A stretch of DNA of 52,780 nucleotides from an uncultured Bacillota bacterium. GTDB taxonomy: Bacteria > Bacillota_I > Bacilli_A > RFN20 > CAG-826. Under the pieces are notes generated by a model, which saw nothing but the letters and a program-made list of their open reading frames with translations, searched no databases and was not told the origin of the DNA. Within the stretch, counting starts at the first letter, position 1. Every line of letters begins with the position of its first letter. The stretch spans positions 1 to 52,780 of the forward strand of contig CASEWT010000002.1 in NCBI GenBank assembly GCA_949291655.1. Reading direction: 5' to 3'. Made by a program: the position numbers and the translations under genes. Of this stretch, positions 8,732-15,616 are shown piece by piece.

Positions 8732-9553
8732 CTACTTTCTGGTCGAGGGGTGGCTCTTCCAAAAGCGGTCAAGCTCGTCTTTGACCAAAGCGCGGGCCTC
8801 GTCCTCATTGATGGTAAGTTGGCTCTTTCCGTAGTAGGAAAGAAGTTCTTCGTGAACGATTTTCTGGAGGGTTTCGGGGGTGCAGAGGCGCGTCGAGGGA
8901 TCGTAGTAGACCGGCGCGGCCGCATCGACGGGGGCCTGAACCGCCGCCTCTTCCTCTGCTTGGTCCTCCTTCGGGGCTTTGAAGATGATGAATTTCCTCG
9001 TCAAGTAGTTGTAGACCAAGGTCACGATGGTCTTGATGACAAAAATGACGAGAAAGGCCCAGAAGGCGAGACCTCCGGTTTCAAGGAGGTTGGACCAGCT
9101 GACATTGGCAATGTCGAGGCTGATATCGAGTTCCCAAAGATAATTGCAGAGGTAGACACCGGCCTCTTGAAGCCCGAGGCCGATAAGCCATCCGCCCACG
9201 GCCAAGAAGAAGTAGGTCCAAAAGGCTTTGGCCGACTTCGTGTTGATGTTCTTGTCGACGTTTTTGAAGACAACGGTCCGCGAAAGAACGAAGTTGACGC
9301 AGCAGGAAACGACAAACCCAACGGTCACCGCGATGGCGAAGCTCACATAACCAGTCCATTCGTTGATGGCCGAAAGGTTATCCGCCAAAGCCCAGACAAT
9401 GACATAAGAGAGGGCAAAATCGATGACGGTGCAAAGGACGCCGACGAAAAAGAAGCGAATAAGTTCGAACGACAGCTTCTTCTTATTGGCCTCCTTTTTT
9501 GAGGCGGCCGCCCCGAGGCCGGCGGCCTCGGTACTGATATCTTTTTTCTTCAT
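8732..9553 (-). CDS. GtrA-like membrane protein with a ~90-aa soluble C-terminal extension
   Basis: 273 aa with a 4-TM core (LIRFFFVGVLCTVIDFALSY...) typical of the GtrA family, followed by an acidic, Ala-rich tail. Confidence 0.7.
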   Translation of the reverse strand: MKKKDISTEAAGLGAAASKKEANKKKLSFELIRFFFVGVLCTVIDFALSYVIVWALADNLSAINEWTGYVSFAIAVTVGFVVSCCVNFVLSRTVVFKNVDKNINTKSAKAFWTYFFLAVGGWLIGLGLQEAGVYLCNYLWELDISLDIANVSWSNLLETGGLAFWAFLVIFVIKTIVTLVYNYLTRKFIIFKAPKEDQAEEEAAVQAPVDAAAPVYYDPSTRLCTPETLQKIVHEELLSYYGKSQLTINEDEARALVKDELDRFWKSHPSTRK

Positions 9554-9585
9554 GCCGCTATATTAGCATTCCTTCCCAAACCCTT

Positions 9586-11700
9586 TTATAGGCTTTCCGC
9601 TTCTTTTATCAATAAACTTCCGTCGGCATCGGAAGGAAAACGCAAGTCTCCCCGCGGGGAAATGGCTGCCGATCCAACCTTGGCGCCATCCGGGAGACAG
9701 TTTCGCTTGAATTGGTTGGCGAAAAAACGTTTGAAGAAAACCACCAGCCATTTTTTGATTGTTTCTTCATCGTATACGCCGCGGAAAGCCTCCCTAGCAA
9801 TCAAGTGCAGCTTCTTTGGCCGGAAGCGGTAGCGAAGATAGTAGTAAATGAAGAAGTCGTGAAGGTCATAGGGACCGATCTTATCCTCCGTCTTTTGGGC
9901 AATTTGGCCTCCCTTATCGGTCGGAAGAAGCTCGGGGGAAATAGGGGTATCCAAGATGTCAAGAAGCGAAGTGGCACATTCGGGATGAAGGGATGCATAG
10001 CCCTGAACAAGGTATTTGACCAAGGTCTTTGGAATCGAGGCATTGACCCCATACATCGACATGTGGTCGCCGTTATAGGTGCACCAGCCTAGACATAGTT
10101 CTGAAAGATCGCCGGTACCAATCATGATTGCTCCAATATCGTTGGCTATGTCCATCAGGACCTGAGTCCTTTCTCGAGCCTGAGCATTCTCATAAGCGAC
10201 ATTCAGATCACCGTCATGCCCAATACCTTTTAGGTGACATTTGACACTTTCAGAGATATTGATTTCCCGGAAGGAAACGCCGAGCGACTCGGCCAATAGA
10301 AGAGCGTTGTCGTGAGTTCTTTTCGAGGTGCCGAAACAAGGCAGCGTAATAGCCATGATGTCTTTTGGATCAAGGCCGGAATTAACAAAAGCCCGGTGGG
10401 TCACAAGCAAAGCCAAGGTGGAATCGAGGCCTCCGGAAAGGCCAATGACTGCTTTCTTGCAACGAATGGCTCGGAGGCGGCTCGAAAGCCCCGTGGCCTG
10501 GATGTCCAGAATGGCCGTCACCCTTTCGCGATCGAGCTCACCAGAAGGTATGAATGGATTGCGGGGATACTCCCGACAAAGCGTCTTGGGGAGGGAGATG
10601 TGCATCTTGAAGGGGACATAATAGGTCTTCTCGCCAACCTCTTCTTTGAATGTGCCGATGCGCCTGCGCTCAGCCTCCAAAAGGGCGATATCCAAATCAG
10701 TTACCGCCATTTTCATTCCGAATAAAGGCGTTTCACAGAGGATTTTTCCGTTTTCAGCAATGATATTATGGGAAGCAAAAACCAGATCCGACGTGCTTTC
10801 GCCCTCTCCGGAATCAGCGTAAATGTAGGCCGCTACCTCCTTAGCCGAAGCCATGGAAACGAGATTGCGTCGATAGGAAGCCTTTCCAACCGTCTCATTA
10901 GAGGAAGAAAGGTTAAGCATCACCGTGGCCCCGGCAAGAGCAAGGCCAATCGAAGGCGAGGATGGAGCCCATAGGTCCTCGCAAATCTCAACGCCGATTT
11001 TCAATGAAGGATAGTCCTGATCAAAAAAGACAATCCCGGTCCCGAAAGGCACTTCATCCCCGAAAATCCGAACTTTGATTAGCCTCTCTGGAGCAGGGGC
11101 AAAATGGCGTCCTTCATAGAATTCGGAATATGTCGGAATATAGGTTTTCGGGACGATTCCCAGAATCTTGCCACGGTAACATACAAAGGCACAGTTGTAT
11201 AATCTATTCAAAACATGGAACGGGGCTCCGAAGGCAAATAACAGGTTTAGATCCTTCGTTTTCTCAAGGATTGTTTTGATACCATCGAGAACGCCTTGGA
11301 GGATTCGCTCGTCCAAGAAGCCATCCCCAAGGGTATACCCACTCAAGCAAAGTTCCGGGAGGGCTAGGACATGAACCCCCTTAGCAGCTGCTTCCCCTAC
11401 TTTCTCAATGATCTCCCGCGCATTTGCTTCGGGGTTTCCAAGATGGACAAAAGGGGTGGCCGCAGCGGCTCGAACGAAGCCGAGGTTATCCCCAGAAGCA
11501 GAGACATCGATCGTCGGGATAAGGGGTCTATTTGCAATTCCTTCATCCTTGCCGGCAAGTTTTTCGTATTCTTCGGGCGAAACGATGACGAAACGGATCT
11601 TCCCGTTCTTGCTGACCGGGAGCCGGCCGTCAGCAGCCCTAAGGTCTTCCTCGAGCTTGTTGGTGTCGCGCAGGGCGGTTATCGGTTCAGTATTCTTCAT
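9586..11700 (-). CDS. nadE: Glutamine-dependent NAD+ synthetase with an extra N-terminal Phd/YefM-like domain
   Basis: 704 aa. It has a CN-hydrolase domain (LALPELCLSGYT, catalytic-Cys context GVEICEDLW) and an NAD-synthase domain with the PP-loop GLSGGLDST. The first ~50 aa read EPITALRDTNKLEEDLRAADGRLPVSKNGKIRFVIVSPEEYEKL. Confidence 0.93.
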   Translation of the reverse strand: MKNTEPITALRDTNKLEEDLRAADGRLPVSKNGKIRFVIVSPEEYEKLAGKDEGIANRPLIPTIDVSASGDNLGFVRAAAATPFVHLGNPEANAREIIEKVGEAAAKGVHVLALPELCLSGYTLGDGFLDERILQGVLDGIKTILEKTKDLNLLFAFGAPFHVLNRLYNCAFVCYRGKILGIVPKTYIPTYSEFYEGRHFAPAPERLIKVRIFGDEVPFGTGIVFFDQDYPSLKIGVEICEDLWAPSSPSIGLALAGATVMLNLSSSNETVGKASYRRNLVSMASAKEVAAYIYADSGEGESTSDLVFASHNIIAENGKILCETPLFGMKMAVTDLDIALLEAERRRIGTFKEEVGEKTYYVPFKMHISLPKTLCREYPRNPFIPSGELDRERVTAILDIQATGLSSRLRAIRCKKAVIGLSGGLDSTLALLVTHRAFVNSGLDPKDIMAITLPCFGTSKRTHDNALLLAESLGVSFREINISESVKCHLKGIGHDGDLNVAYENAQARERTQVLMDIANDIGAIMIGTGDLSELCLGWCTYNGDHMSMYGVNASIPKTLVKYLVQGYASLHPECATSLLDILDTPISPELLPTDKGGQIAQKTEDKIGPYDLHDFFIYYYLRYRFRPKKLHLIAREAFRGVYDEETIKKWLVVFFKRFFANQFKRNCLPDGAKVGSAAISPRGDLRFPSDADGSLLIKEAESL

Positions 11701-11773
11701 GACAAAATTTTAGCACCTAAATGTCATTCTTCTACTCTTATTCAAATTAGACGAGTCGCTATAATACGCCCGT

Positions 11774-12655
11774 ATGGCAAAAGGTCTCTGCGTAATCAAC
11801 GGTTATTCTTCCCTTCCGGGTCCGCGTCATTTCTATGAACGGATGAAGGAGGAACTCGAGAAAAAAAATGTTGGGCTCTCCTTAGCGAAGGCTACGACCT
11901 TCCTTTCCGAAATCAATAGCGAAGGGGCTATCCAGATTCTTCCCCGAATGTTCTCCTTCGTGCTTTTCCTCGACAAGGACGCCTACCTGGCAGCGGCCCT
12001 TGAAAACCAGGGCTACCGCCTATTCAACAAGGCGGAAGCCATTCGCTTAAGCGACGACAAAATGCTTACCTCCATTTCGCTAGCCGGGCATGGGATCAGG
12101 ATGCCGAAAACCATCGGCGCGCCCCTCAATTACGTTGGCGGGCATGACGAATCTTTCCTTCGGCTCGTGGAAAGGGAGCTTTCCTATCCCCTTGTCGCCA
12201 AGTGCTCCTACGGATCTCTCGGACGGGAAGTGAAACTAATCAACGATTACGGGGAATTGACGGCCTTCGAGGACGAAAACGCTTTGAAGGCCCATCTCTA
12301 CCAAGAATACATACGCTCTTCCAAGGGCGTCGATTACCGGCTAATAGTCGTCGGCGGACGCTTCGTGGCCGGCATGCGGCGTCGTAACGAAAACGATTTC
12401 CGAAGCAACCTGGCCTGCGGCGGCATCGGCGAAAAGGTCGATATCCCAGAAGGACACGTCTACATGGCCGAAAAAGCCGCAAAGCGCCTAGGGCTCGACT
12501 ATGCCGGCGTCGATTTGCTAGTCGGGGAGAAGGGCGAACCGATCCTTTCCGAAGTCAATTCGAATGCTTTCCTGGAGGGAATCGAAAAGACAACCGGGGT
12601 CAATGTAGCGGCGGCTTACGCCGACTACATCCTCAATCAACTCGGCCTTCAATGA
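11774..12655 (+). CDS. RimK-family ATP-grasp ligase
   Basis: 293 aa with the ATP-grasp pattern DKMLTSISLAGHGIRMPKT...YPLVAKCSYGSLGREVKLI...DYRLIVVGGRFVAGMRR...FRSNLACGG...LGLDYAGVDLL...EVNSN. Confidence 0.85.
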   Translation: MAKGLCVINGYSSLPGPRHFYERMKEELEKKNVGLSLAKATTFLSEINSEGAIQILPRMFSFVLFLDKDAYLAAALENQGYRLFNKAEAIRLSDDKMLTSISLAGHGIRMPKTIGAPLNYVGGHDESFLRLVERELSYPLVAKCSYGSLGREVKLINDYGELTAFEDENALKAHLYQEYIRSSKGVDYRLIVVGGRFVAGMRRRNENDFRSNLACGGIGEKVDIPEGHVYMAEKAAKRLGLDYAGVDLLVGEKGEPILSEVNSNAFLEGIEKTTGVNVAAAYADYILNQLGLQ

Positions 12656-13757
12656 TCCGGTAAGCCCACGCAAGGACGTCGCGGTCGCTTTGGAACGTCA
12701 GGGCTCTATTCGCTTCGTCTTGGCCTAAGAGCAAAATGCCACGCACTTCGTGGTCATCCACTTTCGCATGGGGCTCTTCCTTCAAGATGGCAGCTTTGAA
12801 TCCAACTCGCTTGATGTGTCCCTCCGCCGGTGAGTAAACGATGGAGAAGATTTGATCCGATACAAAACTGTATTCGGCATGATGAATCCCGATTTCCTCC
12901 GCAATTTCCCTTTGGATGGTCGCATTTATATCAACATCGCAACTTTCGACATGACCTTTGGGAAGGGAAATGTGCCCCTGCCCCATCTTCTCGAGAAGAA
13001 CTTTTCCTCGGTAGATGAGAACGGCGCCATAGGAACGCTCCTGCACGCCGAGGAGATTGGCCAAGCCATCGATTTCCGTAGTGCTTAGACCGATTGTCCG
13101 AAAATAGCCTTCGACGCTTCCGTAGCGCTTCTCAAACCGCTCAAGGAAGGATGGAAGATAGTCAGCCGAAGGATAAAGGCATACCCGCGGAAAATCGGGA
13201 TGGGCCGCCAGAGTTCGGTCCCGCGTATGCTTAAGTAACGGTAATGAAAGCAGGTAGTCCGCATTGATATCTAATGGATCGACCCCATTGGCAAGCAAGA
13301 CGAGGGCAACGAAGACGCCGGTTCTATCTTTCCCCGCCGTACAGTGGATGAGCGCCGGTTTTTCGCAATTCAGGAGGGTTCGGAAAATGCGAGCGGCGCT
13401 GACCGGTTCTTCGATCATCTCAAAGTACGAGGCGAACATATCCTCCTCGTCGACCGGTATGCGCCCGCCACCATTGGCTTCAAGTGGATAGTAGGAAGCC
13501 TCGGGGAAAGCCGAAAGATCGTCCGGGTACTTTTGCTGGACGTCGGAAGAACGAAGATCGATTATGGACCTGATGCCTAAAGACGCGGAAAGGGCCCGGT
13601 CGCCATCATCGACATGCGAGATGTCGCTTGAACGGTAAAGGACGCCGTAGGACGTCTCCCCGTAACGCGCGGGGTATCCGCCGAGGTCCCGAAGATTGTC
13701 TATTCCCTTAAGCGGGATCCTTCTTAGCGACATGTTCCCCGGTTTCTTCGACCTCAA
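12633..13757 (-). CDS. Fusion protein: tyrosine-phosphatase-like domain (CX5R) plus a C-terminal Nudix hydrolase domain
   Basis: 374 aa. The N-terminal part has NLRDLGGY and HCTAGKDRTG (Cys139), as in the Y_phosphatase3-type family. The C-terminal ~130 aa carry a Nudix-box-like sequence, GHVESCDVDINATIQREIAEEIGI. The start could instead be Met9 (13733). Confidence 0.8.
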   Translation of the reverse strand: MRSKKPGNMSLRRIPLKGIDNLRDLGGYPARYGETSYGVLYRSSDISHVDDGDRALSASLGIRSIIDLRSSDVQQKYPDDLSAFPEASYYPLEANGGGRIPVDEEDMFASYFEMIEEPVSAARIFRTLLNCEKPALIHCTAGKDRTGVFVALVLLANGVDPLDINADYLLSLPLLKHTRDRTLAAHPDFPRVCLYPSADYLPSFLERFEKRYGSVEGYFRTIGLSTTEIDGLANLLGVQERSYGAVLIYRGKVLLEKMGQGHISLPKGHVESCDVDINATIQREIAEEIGIHHAEYSFVSDQIFSIVYSPAEGHIKRVGFKAAILKEEPHAKVDDHEVRGILLLGQDEANRALTFQSDRDVLAWAYRIIEGRVD

Positions 13758-14430
13758 GGGTGCCGTTGGCTCTCTTCAGCTCGACCAAAATCCCGTTCAA
13801 GAGGTCTTCCTGAGTCGGTTTCGGAGGCTCAGGCTCGGCGACAACCGGGCGTTCCTCAGGGTGTTTCTTGAAGTACTCTTCCTTGGCTTTTTCAGCCAAA
13901 CGAAGGCGCTTTTGCTGGAGATAAGTGAAAACGCGAACGATAACGAAGAGGGTGATGGCAATGACGAAGAAAGAAATGACGGCATTGATGAAGCTTCCCC
14001 AATCGATAAGCGCCGACCCGTTGTAGTAATAGACGTTTCCGTGCAGGGTGTACTTGCTCAGAAGTTCGCTGCGGGCCGATGTCAGGGACTTGGTAAGGTT
14101 GTAAACTTCCGCGTAACGATTGACCATCTCTGTCACGACATCAGGGTCGGAAGAGAAGGTCTGCCCAATCCCTGCTACCCCAGCTTGGGCGGAATTGGCA
14201 GCGGGCAAAACGGTTACAAGACCCGTGAGGCCTCCGGGGACGCCCCACGTGCAGATGCTCATGAGGATGCTCACGAGGGTATTGACGATGGCGTTGAAGG
14301 CCCCGCCGATGATGACGCCGACGGCCAAGTCAATGACCGAGCCCTTGCTAATGAAGGCTTTGAAGGCTTCCCAAGTGCTTTTCATTTTCTTGCGGAACTT
14401 CCGCTCTTGGGCTTTTTCTGTTTTTTCCAT
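13708..14430 (-). CDS. mscL: Large-conductance mechanosensitive channel with an expanded extracytoplasmic loop
   Basis: TM1 is SVIDLAVGVIIGGAFNAIV and TM2 is IDWGSFINAVISFFVIAITLF, both MscL hallmarks. They are separated by ~85 aa, and the ORF is 240 aa (Met16 at 14385 is an alternative start). Confidence 0.85.
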   Translation of the reverse strand: MEKTEKAQERKFRKKMKSTWEAFKAFISKGSVIDLAVGVIIGGAFNAIVNTLVSILMSICTWGVPGGLTGLVTVLPAANSAQAGVAGIGQTFSSDPDVVTEMVNRYAEVYNLTKSLTSARSELLSKYTLHGNVYYYNGSALIDWGSFINAVISFFVIAITLFVIVRVFTYLQQKRLRLAEKAKEEYFKKHPEERPVVAEPEPPKPTQEDLLNGILVELKRANGTLEVEETGEHVAKKDPA

Positions 14431-14516
14431 AATTTGACGAAAAATTTGCTCCTCGCGATGATTTTCTTCCCATCATTGGGGGCTAGGCAAGCCAAAACCT
14501 TGAAAACAAGCGCCCG

Positions 14517-15299
14517 TTGTCTATAAATAAGACCGTGTTTTTCGATTGGATTAGCATTGTTTTTCTGGCCATTCTCATAATTGCCTTCGTCATCGGCCTT
14601 TCGAAGGGATTCGTGGCTTCGATCGGGTGGACCTTCGGCGTCGCCATAGCCATCGTGGCCGCCTTCTTCCTGGCCAAACCCCTCGCTTCTTCTCTCACTG
14701 ACGCCGGAGCTTTCGATTCGATGAACGCCCAGATTCTTGCCTTCGTCAAGGATACGCTCCGGGAAAACGACCTCGAGCCGGCAATCAATCTTGCCGTTCC
14801 GGTATCGGCTTTTGCCAATAACATGGAACCGATTCCCACCATTCTATCCGCTCTCCACATACCCTCGATTCTCCAACCCCAGGTTCTGAATTTCATAGTA
14901 TCGGTCATCCCAAGCTCGGGAAGCGTCGTCGTTTCCGATGCCGTGGCCGAGGGAATCACGGTCGCTTTGGCGACGGTCATCAGTTTCATCGCCGTATTTG
15001 CCGCCGTCTTCGTACTGTTCCTGATCGTGAAAATCGTCGTTTGGTTCATCCGCCGGGCCGGGCGCAAGCGTCCCTCGATGCTTTCGAGAATCGCCGGCGG
15101 CCTCATTCAGATCGCCAACGGCTTTCTATTCATTTATATCGTTTCTTTCGTTCTTGCACTCCTGGCTTCCACGGTTCCGGCCATTGGTACCGAGCTCACC
15201 AACATCCTTCATCTCGGCACTGATGATTGGTCCTTCGCCAAGTGGCTCGTCGAAAACAACGCAATCTTCGACTGGATATCCCAATATTTGTCCCTATAA
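14517..15299 (+). CDS. cvpA: CvpA-family membrane protein
   Basis: 260 aa with 4-5 TM segments and a CvpA-like N-terminus, FFDWISIVFLAILIIAFVIGLSKGFV. The start is uncertain (TTG 14517 or GTG 14535). Confidence 0.65.
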   Translation: MSINKTVFFDWISIVFLAILIIAFVIGLSKGFVASIGWTFGVAIAIVAAFFLAKPLASSLTDAGAFDSMNAQILAFVKDTLRENDLEPAINLAVPVSAFANNMEPIPTILSALHIPSILQPQVLNFIVSVIPSSGSVVVSDAVAEGITVALATVISFIAVFAAVFVLFLIVKIVVWFIRRAGRKRPSMLSRIAGGLIQIANGFLFIYIVSFVLALLASTVPAIGTELTNILHLGTDDWSFAKWLVENNAIFDWISQYLSL

Positions 15300-15546
15300 A
15301 ACTCGTTTCGAAGGAATCATCGGGTATTTTTGCTGTTTTCTAAACTGTGTATGAAAAGGGCTTCCGGCCTCTTGATTTCTCATTGGGCTTGAAAAAAGTC
15401 CGCTTTTTGCTCACTAAACATCCGCTTTTCGACAATCGGTTTCCCCAATGGCAAAAAGGGATGGAAATCAAAGCAAGCAAATTGATTGAAAATGAGATAC
15501 GCCCGTTTAAGATAGCAAACGTCGGAAGGATTCCTGCTTTCCATAG

Positions 15547-15572
15547 CGCCTGTTGCACCGAGCAGGCGTTTT
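15547..15572 (+). terminator. Intrinsic-terminator-like hairpin inside the nrdD leader (candidate attenuator or riboswitch expression platform)
   Basis: CGCCTG(T)-loop-(G)CAGGCG followed by TTTT. It lies 45 nt upstream of the nrdD ATG and after a ~250-nt non-coding leader. Confidence 0.5.
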
Positions 15573-15616
15573 GAAACCCCCAACCGCCTTCCCAACCGAA
15601 AGAGAGGAAACACACA

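Noticed and set aside
15440-15545. Possible cobalamin riboswitch in the nrdD leader (AAAAGGGATGGAAATC ... ACGCCCG ... GGAAGG).
   Set aside because: It resembles only short fragments of the B12 core. The B12 box (GCCACTG-like) and the CAACTGTA-type segment are absent, and the helices do not fall in the expected order. It is kept only as an unclassified leader in the findings.
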